In this document: one piece after another, positions 27,199 to 42,567 of the stretch
Layout of the letters: every line of letters starts with the position of its first letter
Position numbering within the stretch: position 1 is the stretch's first letter
From: Eledone cirrhosa
Lineage: Eukaryota
Reading direction: 5' to 3'
Assembly: GCA_964016885.1 (NCBI GenBank)
Contig: OZ024747.1
Coordinates: 51,646,001-51,710,000 of the forward strand
Length of the DNA stretch: 64,000 nucleotides
Translations under genes and position numbers: made by a program
Notes under the pieces: model-generated
Database searches by the model: none
The model's input: the letters and a program-made list of their open reading frames with translations, nothing else
What the model was told of the DNA's origin: nothing

Positions 27199-28064
27199 AT
27201 CATCATCATCAGGTTGAGCTTGCTCGGCTTTCTACGACACGTTTCCTCCATCTATCTCTGTCTCTCATAGCTTTTGCCAGTTCTTCCGCAGTGTATCCAG
27301 TATCGTCCTCAAGTTGCTTGACGTATGTCTTCTTGGGACGACCAGCCTTTCTTGCTCCATGAGATGGACTCCATAACAAAACATCACCTGCTATTTCTTC
27401 CTTGCTGCGCCAACAGTGGCCAGCAAATCTGAGTCTCTGTCTACGTATTGACCTGCTGATAGGTGGTATATTGCCATAAAGATCCTTATGTGTTGGGTGT
27501 TCCCTCCAAGACACGTTTAAAGCAGCACGTAGCATACGTGTGTATCCCCGTCTAGCTTTTTCTCCAGTTTCGACGTTAACGTCCAAGTGATAGAGCCATA
27601 AACAAGCACAGATTCCACAGCAGCTCTGAAGAAATTCCTTTTCAGTTTGGCCGACAGGTTTGATTTCCATATTTTTTTCCATTGCATTCAATGCTCCCCA
27701 GGCTTTTCCCAGTCTGATGTTAACTATACAGTCGACTATGTATAGAGAAAAGCCCTGGACGAAAACTTAGAGCTTGGTTTCACTCTCACAAAGCGAAAGT
27801 GTAGACGCTATGCAGCTCAGAAAATCACCGATGCTGACTATGCGGATGATTTAGCGGTCCTCGCTGACTACCTTAAGGATGCAACATCACTACTTCACAG
27901 CATCGAATCAGTTGCAAAGGAAATCGGACTCTATGTCAACGCAGGCAAAACAGAATATATTTGCCTGAACCAAGACTGCTCAGTTGGTATGCGAAGTCTA
28001 AACGGCGATATAATCAAGCAAGTTGACGACTTCAAATACTTGGGTAGCTATATCGCCTCCGCAG

Positions 28065-28068
<4 letters not shown>
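27199..28068 (-). mobile_element. RTE-clade LINE 3' portion with 5' inversion
   Basis: 27199-27725 (-): VNIRLGKAWGALNAM...RRQRLRFAGHCWR...GRPKKTY...DRDRWR + (TGA)n tail; 27730-28068 (+): RT motifs YADDL and FKYLGS. Confidence 0.88.
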
Positions 28069-28700
<632 letters not shown>

Positions 28701-28710
28701 ATATATATAT

Positions 28711-28986
28711 ATCAAGTAAGAATATTTTCGAAACAGCGAGTGGGTTTGAAATTATTAGAAACGTAAGCTATCGCCGTATTTTGACTAAAGAAATTAAAGG
28801 AATTATTTAGCCTGATAGTGGAGTTAGTGTAAATGGTAGCACAGTGGCCCGGATAACCAAAGATATGGGTTCGACTCCCATGTACGTCGATACTCATCTT
28901 TTTCCATTTCTCCGAGGGTTCTTAACTCCACTATCAGACTAAATAATTTCTTTAATTTCTTTACTCAAAGTACGGCGATAACTTAC
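28711..28986 (+). mobile_element. Fold-back element with ~64-bp inverted repeats enclosing a tRNA-like Pol III unit
   Basis: IRs 28763-28826 and 28923-28986; inside: tagtgtaaatgg (A box), ggttcgactcc (B box), TTTTT at 28899. Confidence 0.7.
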
Positions 28987-29087
28987 TTATAAATATATAT
29001 ATATATACATATATATATATACATATATATACACACACACATATATATATATATATATGTATATATATATGTATATATATATATTTG

Positions 29088-29120
<33 letters not shown>

Positions 29121-29124
29121 ATAT

Positions 29125-30362
29125 ATTGTTATACTTTGGGAGGGTCATGTTGTCAATAAGAAACACACGCACCAGTTGCTTTCACTTCAATTTATTATAA
29201 TAAATTTATAAATTTAGGAATTTATAAATTTCCGGTTGGTTGGTTGGTTCCACAACCAGATGGTTGTTTATATATTGTCAAAGTTCTTTCGTCACACATT
29301 CTGTGACCTCTTCAGTGACTGGGGATTATTTTCTTTGTGTTTGTGCCTCTCCTTTGTTCTGTCCTACGCCATCTTGTTTCTGTGTGTGTGTTGTGTGCTC
29401 ACTCTGCGCATGCGCCACATCCGGGTGTCTGTGTGTATTTATATTCGTTTATTTATTTGTTTATTTACATGTTACTGGTTGGTTGTTTGTTCTATGTGCG
29501 TGTGTGTTTTCATTTTGTCCTTAATTGTAAGTTGTGATGTTTCTGTTTCACTCATGTTTTCTATTTAATTTTGGTTGTAATTCTTTTATGTTTATTGCCT
29601 CTATGATTTGTCTAAACATTGCGTCTTTTCTGTGTGTAGATTCTATTTTTATTTCTACGTTCTCTAATTTACCCTTATGTTCTATTTTAGCATGTTGGTA
29701 GAGTACAGATGATTCTTTACTATCTTGAAGGTCTCGCTAGTGTTCATTTATCCGTTCCCCTACACTACGAGCTGTCTCACCTATGTACACTATATTTTTA
29801 TCTCTACATTGTCCCTCGGTACATCTTATGCTATATACTACATTTCTAGTTTTACAGTTAATATAGGCGCTTAATTTACAGGTTATACATTTCTTATCTA
29901 TACAGGGGGGTCTTTGAAAAGGGTATGTCTTGCTAATAAGTGTTTTTATGGAGGTACCTGGTCTTTCTACTATCTTGATATTGAGTTTATGTTTATCTAG
30001 GGCCCTTCTATATTTGTAAGCTAATTCACCTCTAGGGGTTGTATCGATGAACATTACACTCTGGTATTTTTTGCTATCATACCATGAGTTTATTCTATTA
30101 GCCTTATTCCTAGTTCTTTCTATTCTATTCCAAAATTTGCTCCTATACAAGGGGCAGGTCCCATTTGTGTCATTATTTACCATTTTGTCCCATTTGGTTC
30201 TGGCTCCTCTATACACTATAATTTTATCTCTTTGATTGTAACCAGAGAACTGCATACGGTGGATGAAGTGTTGTATGTGTCTCTCTAGTTCTTCGGGGTT
30301 GCACATGCGGGACACGTTTCTCATCACCCGTACCAAATCCGCAATCAGTATGTTGATTTTGG
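29125..30362 (-). mobile_element. Penelope-like element 3' part (RT thumb + GIY-YIG endonuclease, 3' hammerhead)
   Basis: MQFSGY..., CIDKKCITC, CKTRNVVYSIRC, YIGETARSVGERINEH*; frame continues past one stop to ...KLNRKHE* at 29548; minus-strand gtca-CTGAAGA-ggtcaca...tgtgac-GAAA at 29277-29319. Confidence 0.88.
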
Positions 30363-30458
30363 ATATATATATATTACAGATTGACTTTGTTAGTTTCAGA
30401 AGATCCCGTTAAGGGTGAAAGCAGCGATTCTTTGCTTAAACTTTAATATGTTATTTTA

Positions 30459-30574
<116 letters not shown>

Positions 30575-30589
30575 GTTATATAGTAAGGT

Positions 30590-32528
30590 GTATTATTGGT
30601 TGTGTAAAACGGTTCAATAAATTTATGTTACCAATATTAAGTTCTCCACGCTTTTGTATATCTCCAATTCCATTCAAGGCAACAACTAGATGATGTAAAA
30701 CGGAGTATAAGTATCAAAATGAAAACCCAATGGCAAGGTAAAATTCCAATCATTTTAATCACGACACATGTTTCAATAAGAGATAGATCGATCGTAAAGA
30801 CATGATCAATTATCACTGAACTCATCAGGTGAAAATGAATTGTCTTCAAATTCTTGATAAGAGGGAGAAAAATAGCGATGTTCACTCACAGAGTTTATTC
30901 CCTCATATGAAGATCCAGTGGTCAGAAATACGGCGACTGCTATCAGCTTCAGTTAGGGTCATTAAAGTGTCAAATCTTCATAGCTGCAAAGGACGCTGGA
31001 CATTAGTCAGATCTCTAGAAATACAGTCGGTCACAGTTAAAGTGAGTGGGTACACACACACTCAACACCCATACACACCGGCTCGAGGTCAAAGAAAAAT
31101 ACATATATACACACACACATATATATATAAATATACACACATCAACATCAAACCTGTAGAACTATAGAAGGTCACAATTAGTGTGAGTGGGTACACACAC
31201 ACTCTCACACACACCGAAGCGATGTCATAGAAAAAACAACAAATATAAGAATAAGAATATACCAACACAGCATTCACGGAAAGTTCGTTTACAAAACAAC
31301 AAATGCTACATTGATCAAATCTCAATTTGACGATGTAAATTGGAAATATTGGGTTAACCACAGCCCCATACACATACACATACACATACACAGACAAGCA
31401 AGTAAGTTCAGTTCAGTGTTCTGTTATACATGTATAGATTGAATTGTAACATCCGTATCTTCAAGTGTATGTTATGGTATATACACATCCGTATCGTCCG
31501 AAAAAGTGTATGTCACATCCATGTGAAGAGCAAGCAATCAGCTCAAATCGAACTCAGTATGTACCGCTGTCCCATTGAGAGTCCCCCAAACCGTGCGTGC
31601 AAGCAACCGCAATGTAGGCTAGCAAGGGGCTCCGTGTAGGGTTGGGTATTTGGGTTAATGTGTCAGTAAGTGCGATCTAAGGTCAAATGGGCCCTTGGGC
31701 TTTTAAGATAGGTGCTTGAGTGGTGAAGGTGTGTTATCCAACACAAAAGGTAAAGTAAATAACAAAGTATAGCAAAACCCAGAGGATCTGTGTAGGCCCA
31801 TTAATGGTGTGTAAGTATTATTGTTCAATCCGTAACTGTGAGCACTCTATGGTTAGATGATCACGGAGCAAAACCTAGTGTAGTGTTCAATCGGTAGGAA
31901 CGTGACCAGTCGCAACTGTGGGAACTCAATGTCTAAAGAAAACGGGTACTGTGTGTAGAGTTATGTATAGAGAGAGTAATCGGTCCTAACTGAGTGTGCA
32001 ATACGACTAGCTATATCCCAACCTAGAGAACTCAATGGTTTAGATATCTTCAAGTAAAGGTAGATGTGCGTAATCGGTCTTGCCTGAGTGTGTAATCAAT
32101 TACTAACTAGGTATACTGAGCGTGTAATGAATTCTAACTATTTACTAGCTAGGTATTCTAAAAGTGCACTCAGCCGTGAGAACTCTGTGGAATCAAGTCA
32201 GGTACCGTTTGTAAGTGTGAAAACAATCTTAGCCGTCTAACTACCTGAGTGTGTGACTGTCTGTTTATTGAGAGAATGATATGGCTAAAGTAGAGAGGAA
32301 GGAGTTAGTGGTAGGTTACTTTCCAAAAATCTCGAGGAAGGTTTTCGATGTTCTATGTTGGCAATTGCTGAAAAAATCTGCTCTCCTATTAATTAATAGG
32401 GGGCCGCCTCTAATAATATTAAAGGTTTCAACTACACATAAATTGCAAACCGTGCTGCCGTTATAAGGTTGGGCTGAGCAAATTATGGACCAGGATAAGG
32501 AGTGCTCTATATTCTGATGTTTAAGCTT

Positions 32529-32530
<2 letters not shown>
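30590..32530 (-). mobile_element. Penelope-like element 3' remnant (GIY-YIG C-terminus, long 3' region, hammerhead)
   Basis: WKLK...WSII...[13 protein letters not shown]...[15 protein letters not shown]; hammerhead at 30759-30832. Confidence 0.75.
30759..30832 (-). ncRNA. Type I hammerhead ribozyme with long stem II
   Basis: tcac-CTGATGA-g...-GAAAC-atgt-GTC-gtga; stem I extends (catttt/aaaatg). Confidence 0.7.
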
Positions 32531-32568
<38 letters not shown>

Positions 32569-32569
32569 T

Positions 32570-32690
<121 letters not shown>

Positions 32691-33240
32691 TATATACATA
32701 TATATATATATAATGAACACGAACAAACCAAAATATATAAAGAGATATATTTCTTTATAAAGTGGTAGGTAGCTAGACAGAGGGCCATACATAGACACAG
32801 ACAGATATACTGATAGACAGACAGACGGTGAGATAAAATAGAGAAATAGTTAAACTGATAGATTGAGAGATTGCTTGATTGCTTGATAACTATAGATATA
32901 AGTAGAGATCACTCATAGAATATCTTGGGAGACATAATAACGACTATCATCGCTATGGTTTAATCTCACGCTCTACCTTATATATATTTTTTATATTCTA
33001 GCGTAAAACCAAATGTTCCACCATAATGGACGAAAATTCCCATAATTCTTTTTTTAATTTTCATCGTTACTTCTTACAATTAATCTTTTAGTTATTAAAT
33101 TTTGTTTGCTATTTCTTTTTAATTTTTTTATCAATATTTTAATCATCCTTAATGTATATTTATTTCATTACATTTTCTTATCAATAGCGTTTATGTTTAT
33201 ATATAATATACACGTACATACTTGACATACTTGTAAATAT

Positions 33241-33312
<72 letters not shown>

Positions 33313-34312
33313 TAACACATATATATATATATATATATATATATTAACACATATATACATATGTATATACATATATATATATAAATTGATATATACCTAT
33401 GTATATATATATAAATTAATATATATATATATATATATATATTTAATTTATATATATATATACATATATATACATATGCATATAACAATTTATTCATATA
33501 TATATATGCATATATATATTAATATATATATATGTGTGCGTGTGTGTGCGTATGTATGTATATATTTGGTGTACATATGTGTGTTTGTTTATATGTACAT
33601 TACATTTTTTAATTATCCTACAGTTTTTTTTTCCATGATTTTGTGATCATTAAGGTATACTCTACATCATAATTAATTAATTTTTTTATCATGAATTTCT
33701 ATCATTTTTTTCATCTATTTTCTATCATTTTTCATTTACTTCATACTTTATAGTTCAATATCCAAACAAACATTTCATTTTCCTTTTTTAATTTTAAAAT
33801 TTTAAAACTTTCATCTATAGCTTCAATTTTCAAACCCCACTTTGTTTCATAAAGTATAAAATTTATTCAAATAACTTTAAATACCATAATTGCAATGTAA
33901 CTGATGTATAGAAACGTACATACACACACGCTCACACATCACACGCACGCACACACAGAGAAATCTATGTGTTTGTGTGTGTGAGTGGTGTGTGTTCGCG
34001 TGATGCGTAAATGGTGTAAGTGTTTGTGTGTGTGCGCGTGTGTGTGTGTGTGCGTGTGTATGCGTGTGCGTGTGTGTGTGATACCTGTTTGCTAGTTTCT
34101 TATAAAATAAAGTGCTGTTTTCAAACAAAACTGCGTCAATTTTCCTCAGAAAACAGAAATATATACTGCGATATAACACTGCGGGGTTTCATCTTCCAAT
34201 TGATTTGCCGAGTTCTCCATATAAAGTGTTTTATACACAATTTATTGTTGTAAATAGTCTCTAGGCAAAGGTATATATAAATAAGTATATATATACGTTA
34301 TTTTTATAATTT

Positions 34313-34436
<124 letters not shown>

Positions 34437-34899
34437 CGTACCGTAGTATCGTAAAGATACAAAATATAATATTATATAACACCAGTATACCTAATTAGTT
34501 TTGAAATTAAAAATGTGGATCGCGATATAAAATGTTGAAAGTTGGGCTCTTCCAATTATTTTCCTATCTTCGCCATTGTTGTTTGTCTTGCACATTATTG
34601 TAAACACACTTCATGCATATGTTGCTCATATATATTTTTGTTTTGGCTTCTTTTCATTTGTTTTGATTTTGGAGTTTGTTTAATTTTTCTTATATATTCT
34701 AGAAGCTATGAATAATACCATATAAATTAACAATTAAGAGAACGTAATGAAGCTTGCTAACAAGGAACGCTTTCAAATTTAACTTATTGAACAGCTGCCT
34801 TTAGGTCCGTTCTACATTCTCAATGTAAACTGTTTCAACTCAACAACCGTTGAGAAATATACAGCCACACCACTCACAAACATAAGCACACGCAAACCC

Positions 34900-34947
<48 letters not shown>

Positions 34948-35000
34948 GAGCACACACACATATATATATATATGAGCACACACACACATACATACATACA

Positions 35001-35033
<33 letters not shown>

Positions 35034-35914
35034 GTTGTAAAATTCTGTAACGATGTGAATGTTTTGAAAACTGTTTGTTAGAAAAATAATTTTTTTCCTA
35101 ACAATGTATATTATTAATATTCTTTACTTTGGTTATGATTAGTGTTGTTGTTGCTATTTCCATAGTTGTTTCGCTTATTGGTGATGTTAAATTTACGTAT
35201 ATATTCTCACAAATTGCTGCACACCAGCTGAGTATAAAACTTATATATAAATACAAATGTCACTCACACAGCCAACCACATACATAAAAAAATAGTCGAA
35301 TAAATGTGATTCTCTGAACCACAACAAATTAAACACACGCATACACATATAATTGTATGCATTTATGAATACATATAATCATACACACATATATATATAT
35401 ATATATGAGTGTGGGTGAGAGAGAGAGAGAGAGAAACTGTGTGTGTCTATATATTATATATGCGCATATATATATATATATGAATATAAATGAATATATA
35501 TATAAACAAACACACATGTGTGTCTCTCTAACTCTCATTGTCTGTTTGTGTATGTACGTGAGCAATGGTACGTCTTGAAGCTAGACTGAGCGAAAATAAT
35601 GACTTATTATCAATTGTATATAACAAAATCAGAACAATGGAATAATAGAATTTGTTAAGGGGGATCATAAGAAATATAATGAACTCCCACTCCTTTGTGT
35701 TCTCTACAGCAATCTAACAACCTAGAACCTGCAAAGACTCTTTTAAGATTTTAACGTTTTCTCCGGCGCACTACTGAAGATATACATTATGTATGTGCAT
35801 ATGTATATATACATATACATAGATACACACATACATTTATACATACATATAAACATGATGATGGCTGCCCCCTCGTTATCGAGTATGGCCATTGCACGAG
35901 AAAAAAAAAAATAT

Positions 35915-36172
35915 ATATATATACAATATATTAACAAATGGAAACTATATTTATAAAACCATATTTATTTTATTATAAATATTTCAAGGGCCACCAAGGC
36001 AAATTATGGTGCGCTTTCATCAGATAAAATACAATACAAAATTAGTTTTATAAATAAATATTGACATACCCTGAAAAAAGACGATTTTGTCTTGGCGGCC
36101 CTTGAAATTTGTATAATAAATTAAATATGCTTCTATAAATATAGTTTCCATTTCTTAATATATTGTATATTT
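35915..36172 (-). mobile_element. PLE-type inverted pLTR remnant with hammerhead (family B)
   Basis: Hammerhead on - at 35966-36032; 36090-36170 is an inverted partial copy of 35920-35998. Confidence 0.7.
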
Positions 36173-36255
36173 ACTCGACTAAATTGTTGAGTGCTTTATA
36201 TCAGTTATAAAATCTGTTTAAGCTTGTTGAATCCCAACAAATTAAATATAACCTC

Positions 36256-36351
<96 letters not shown>

Positions 36352-36441
36352 TATCGCTAAAAAGCTTTCTGCGATATTGTATTTATATATATAAATATAT
36401 ATATATATATATAAATATATATATTTATATATATATATAAA

Positions 36442-36483
<42 letters not shown>

Positions 36484-36741
36484 ATAACAATAATAATAAC
36501 AATAACAACAATAATAATAACGACAACAACAACAATAATAATATACATATATATATATACACACACACGCACACACAGAAACATATCTATACACACACAC
36601 ACATACACGATATCAATTAACAGCGCTGCGATCGAATGTGGCTTTTTAACCCAGCCAATGATCTAAAGTGTCATATAAACATACATACATATATACAAAC
36701 AAACATATATACAAGCATACATACAAACATACATACATACA

Positions 36742-37135
36742 TTGAAAACGTGTTCTGTTGTGGAGATCAGGTGCCCACTTGATGTAAACGTTGTCAGAAA
36801 AATACAGGAGAAGGAGGACATCTACGGACCATTGATGAGGAGTTTACAAATCCAGTATCCAAGATACACCTTTAGCTTCATACCCATCATTATTGGAGTT
36901 ACGGGTTATATACCAACCCGCTTGGACCAAAGTATGACTGAACTTGGATTTGCAGACAAAGAGCGCAGCTCCCTAATTCATAGTCTACAAATGGCTGCGA
37001 TAGCTGGCACCTTCAACATTTGCAAAACATTCTTGCGATTCAAGGGATGACAATTTCTTTTCTTTTACAACCTTGCCACCAGGAAGGTGGTCGGTCAAAA
37101 ATGTACTCGAAATTGAGAAAAAGAGATCATAAAGA
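36742..37135 (+). mobile_element. RLE-type (R4-like) non-LTR retrotransposon 3' end inserted in (CATA)n
   Basis: CSVVEIRCPLD...EKEDIY..L...FIPIIIGVTG, a PD-(D/E)xK-type endonuclease C-terminus; CATA repeats on both sides. Confidence 0.75.
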
Positions 37136-38094
37136 CATAGATACATACATTTAAAAATAAATACTTACATACTATCATACATACATACAAACATGGTATA
37201 TGTATATATTTTACATCTAGAATTATTTATATATTTAATTACTATCACGTGGTTTTCCACTGAGTATCGGAATAACATTCCACTGCTGGAATGTTATGTA
37301 ATACAGTTGGCTAGGAGCAATAAGCAATATGGAGGGCTGTCGCTTTCGATGAAGAGTGTTCAGATGTTAGATCAACTGAACAGCTTGGTCGGAATCGTAA
37401 CCTGCAAATAGCTGAGTATTCCACGAGACAGTAACTTTAAGGTAAATCAATAGGAGACACAGCAGAACACACTGTACGGCCGTTTATTTGCGCCCTCAGC
37501 TGGGCTTTTTTAGTTTTACGTTCGTTAGAATTTTTAAATTTAATACGTGTATGTATAACTTTTCAATTCCAATTACTTGTGCCGAGCTAGGTTTATGTTA
37601 AATTGCGGGGTTTGCTCTGTATTCTATTTTTATTTTAGTATATGAGGGACCTCTCAAACTGGAAGTGTTCTGGGCCCTCAATATCTAAATCCAACTCTGT
37701 CCATTGGGCTTCCAAATACCTCCCGCCAACTGATTTTCACTCACAATCTGACTATGACAAATTTTAATTACCAAAAATGCCGCTTATTGAGATCGAACCT
37801 TATGATTAAGACCCGAGTTGTTAAACCATTCGGCCACATTAGGTTCACATATTCTTACACATTCACACATAGACACGCAAGGACATGCATGTATAAGCAC
37901 ATCCAAATGCAGATATATACACGCATGCACACAGATGCTATCATATGCACCGACAGTTCCTCTGAAACTTGATATTGAATTGCAATGTATATGTGTATAT
38001 ATATTACTCTTTTACTCTTCTACCTGTTCCAGCCATCCGGCTGACGCCACGCTGGGGCACCGCCCTTGATATATATATATATATATATATATAT

Positions 38095-38864
38095 TTTAAA
38101 GTTGAGACAGTGAACAGAAAAAAAAAAAACATGGAAGCGAAGAGGCAGTACATATTATTATTAGTTTCACGCTTGAGAGTTGGACGTGGAGGACGACGTT
38201 TCGGCCATAACCCTATCATCGGGAGAAAAGTGGGCAGGATGAGAGTTCCGAGGGTGTGTGGGGGAGTGGTGGAAGGAAATAAAAAAATTATTTTTAAAAA
38301 AGTGGGGGAGAGAAAAGGGAGGAAAAATATTTTTTTGGAGAGTAAAAAAATAAAAAATATAAGGAAAGAAATGGTGAAAGGGTGTGAGGCGTGTAGGGGC
38401 GGTTGGCGTGGAGGGGTGGAGAGGGGTCGGGGGTCCCAGCGCGAAGGGCTGAAGGGTGTGTGTTTGTATGTGTGTGGATGTGAATGTGAGAGTTGGGGGA
38501 AGAATAAGGTTCCATGTTCGGGTAATAGGGAAACCGGTGTGTACATGGGGTGGGATGTAAGTCGGTGTGTGTGTGTGTGTGTGTGTGGATGGAGAGGGTC
38601 AGGGTGGGTGGGGGAGAGGGGGCGTGCGGAATCCGGAGGCTGAGTGTGTTTATGTGAGGATACGCACGTGTGTGTGTGTTTATATGTTGTGTGGATGTAT
38701 GGTGCGAAAATAGTGTAAGTGTTTGTGTGTGTGTGTGTGTGAGTGTGTGTGTTGGCATGATGCGAGAATAGTATAAGTGTTCGTGTGTGTGTGTGTGTTG
38801 GCGTGCTGTGAAAATAGTTGAGTGATTGTGTGTGTGTGTTGGCGTGATGCGAGAATAGCCTAAG

Positions 38865-38932
<68 letters not shown>

Positions 38933-39089
38933 GGCGTGCTGTGAAAATAGTTAAGTGTTTGTGTGTGTGTGTGTGTGTTGGCGTGATGCGAAAATAGTCT
39001 AAGAGTGTGTGTGTGTGTGTTGGCATGATGAGAAAATAGTGTAAGTGTTTGTGTGTGTGTGTGTTGGTTTGATGAGAAAATAGTGTAAG

Positions 39090-39121
<32 letters not shown>

Positions 39122-39479
39122 GATGTGTTGGCGTGATGTGAAAATAGTGTAAGTGTTTGTGTGTGTGTGTGTGTGTGTGTTTTGCTTGATGCGAAAATAG
39201 TGTAAGTGTTTGTGTGTGTGTGTGTGTTGGTGTGATGCGAAAATAGTGTGTTTGTGTGTGTGTGTGCGTTGGTGTGATGCGAAAATAGTGTAAGTGTTTG
39301 TGTGTGTGTGTGTGTTTTGCTTGATGCGAAAATAGTGTAAGTGTTTGTGTGTGTGTGTGTTTTGCTTGATGCGAAAATAGTGTAAGTGTTTGTGTGTGTG
39401 TGTTGGCGTGATGCGAAAATAGTGTAAGTGTTTGTGTGTGTGTGTGTGTGTGTTTCGCTTGATGCGAAAATAGTGTAAG

Positions 39480-39521
<42 letters not shown>

Positions 39522-39599
39522 GGCGTGATGCGAAAATAGTGTAAGTGTTTGTGTGTGTGTGTGTGTGTGTGTGTTGGCGTGATGCGAGAATAGCCTAAG

Positions 39600-39653
<54 letters not shown>

Positions 39654-39895
39654 GGCGTGCTGTGAAAATAGTTAAGTGTTTGTGTGTGTGTGTGTGTGTT
39701 GGCGTGATGCGAAAATAGTGTAAGTGTTTGTGTGTGTGTGTGTGTGTGTGAAAATTGTGTAAGTGTTTGTGTGTGTGTGTGTGTTGGCGTGATGCGAAAA
39801 TAGTCTAAGAGTGTGTGTGTGTGTGTTGGCATGATGAGAAAATAGTGTAAGTGTTTGTGTGTGTGTGTGTTGGTTTGATGAGAAAATAGTGTAAG

Positions 39896-39927
<32 letters not shown>

Positions 39928-40291
39928 GATGTGTTGGCGTGATGTGAAAATAGTGTAAGTGTTTGTGTGTGTGTGTGTGTGTGTGTTTTGCTTGATGCGA
40001 AAATAGTGTAAGTGTTTGTGTGTGTGTGTGTGTTGGTGTGATGCGAAAATAGTGTAAGTGTTTGTGTGTGTGTGTGTGTTGGTGTGATGCGAAAATAGTG
40101 TAAGTGTTTGTGTGTGTGTGTGTGTTTTGCTTGATGCGAAAATAGTGTAAGTGTTTGTGTGTGTGTGTGTTTTGCTTGATGCGAAAATAGTGTAAGTGTT
40201 TGTGTGTGTGTGTTGGCGTGATGCGAAAATAGTGTAAGTGTTTGTGTGTGTGTGTGTGTGTGTGTTTCGCTTGATGCGAAAATAGTGTAAG

Positions 40292-40335
<44 letters not shown>

Positions 40336-40359
40336 GGCGTGATGCGAAAATAGTGTAAG

Positions 40360-40390
<31 letters not shown>

Positions 40391-40466
40391 TGGCGTGATG
40401 CGAAAATAGTGTAAGTGTTTTTGTGTGTGTGTGTGTGTGTTTCGCTTGATGCGAAAATAGTGTAAG

Positions 40467-40506
<40 letters not shown>

Positions 40507-40629
40507 GGCGTGATGCGAAAATAGTGTAAGTGTTTGTGTGTGTGTGTGTGTGTGTTTCGCTTGATGCGAAAATAGTGTAAGTGTTTGTGTGTGTGTGTGT
40601 GTGTTGGCGTGATGCGAAAATAGTGTAAG

Positions 40630-40660
<31 letters not shown>

Positions 40661-40776
40661 TTTGCTTGATGCGAAAATAGTGTAAGTGTTTGTGTGTGTG
40701 TGTGTTGGCGTGATGCGAAAATATTGTAAGTCTTTGTGTGTGTGGATGTGTTGGCGTGATGCGAAAATAGTGTAAG

Positions 40777-40820
<44 letters not shown>

Positions 40821-41912
40821 GCTGGGGTTTTTCCACATGCTATGAGATCAGATGTTGAAGATTGTGAGTGCGGCAGGATGAAAGGCTGGAGAGATAGACT
40901 AGGGATCTAAAATCCTGGTACGGTAGTGAGGAAGTGGAGAGCTGTGGGGTGCGCGCGCAACAGGAAGTGGTCAGAGGGTCAAGGCAGGGCGAAGGAAGTG
41001 GGCGGAATGAGATGGCAGTAGGAAGATGACAGCAGGGAATGGTGTGGAGGCTGACAGGTGTAGAGTGGTCTGTATGTGGTGGGGAATGTGTGTATGTGTG
41101 TGCGGTGGTCAGGGGAGGGGAAGGTTAGGTGTGAAATGCGGAGGGAGAGGGCGGAGTTGGGGTGGGGGGGTTGGTGTGTATATTAGTGGAGGTGTTAGTG
41201 GGGTTTCGGGGGGGAGAGAAAGAGAGAGAGGGGGAGAGAGAAGGTGTTGGGGGCGGTAGGAGGGAGTGTAGTGTACTGGTGTGTGTGTGTGTGCGTGTTT
41301 GGATATGAATGTGTGTCTGTGTGGTATAGTGGGTATTGGTATTACTGGTGGTGGAGCGAGGGGTTGAAAGCGGCTGTGTGAGTGTGGGGTGGGGGGTGTA
41401 TCGGTGTGTACGTGGGTGTGGGTGAGTGTATGGGTGAGGGGAGGGGGGTTGGGGGGGTGTGTGTTAGTAATATTAGTGGTGGGGTGGTCAGATATTGATG
41501 TGTGGGTGGGGGTTACTGGTGGTAGTAGGGTGTGTGAATAGTGTGATTGCGTGTATATATATGTACAGGTGGGTGTGTGCGTGTTGAGGGTGTGGGTTGC
41601 GCGGGTGCTAGGGGGAGGGGTGGGGATGTTAGTATTATTAGTTGTGGGATGGACCAGGGGGTTGGGGGTGTTAGTATTTTTAGTTGTGGGGTGGGCGAAG
41701 GAGGTGGGGTCAGTGGAGGGACGGTGAAACTGGGGAGTGTGTAGTGGTGTTAGTAGGGGGTGTGTGTGGGGTGGAGAGGGGGACGGTCGAATGCTAAAGG
41801 AAGAAGGATGGGGAGTTCAGGCCGGGGGGGGGGTCTATAGGGCGAAGATGGTGTGTTGCTCGACCGTGAGGCGGGTGGCGGGGGTCTTATGGCATTGGAT
41901 CAGGCCACATAT
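38095..41912 (-). mobile_element. Penelope-like 3' remnant with very long C-rich 3' region containing a minisatellite
   Basis: 41795-41910 (-) encodes CGLIQC...RLTVEQHTIFAL*TPPPGLN (GIY-YIG C-terminus); decayed hammerhead CCGATGA...cc-GAAAC-GTC at ~38186-38228. Confidence 0.55.
38690..40820. repeat. Minisatellite: TTGGCGTGATGCGAAAATAGTGTAAGTGTTT + variable (GT)n
   Basis: More than 40 copies with variants; ~800-bp higher-order duplication (38991 vs 39797). Confidence 0.92.
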
Positions 41913-41958
41913 AACGCATATATATACACGTATATGCCATATATATATATAATTTTTT

Positions 41959-42120
<162 letters not shown>

Positions 42121-42415
42121 CAAATAACGAAACGAAATTAAATTTCGTTTCGTTTGTAACTCACTTTTGTATGACTGACGCTTAAACAATTAAGTTCAAA
42201 ATGTACATCCACATATGTATACTGAAATACTAGTATGCATATGAATACACACACGTATACATATGTAGATGTACCGAGTTTTTCACTGGTTACTTTACTG
42301 TGAGTGTCCAGCTACTCTGCATGCAAACACACAGACAAACCGGTTTTTAGAGTCATACTGGTTTTTGAGGAAACACCTTTCCTCTATTCTCCAGAAAGCC
42401 AGACAAGGAATATTG

Positions 42416-42567
<152 letters not shown>

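Noticed and set aside
38690-40820. CRISPR-like repeat-spacer array
   Set aside because: Spacers are only (GT)n of variable length; eukaryotic context; no cas genes
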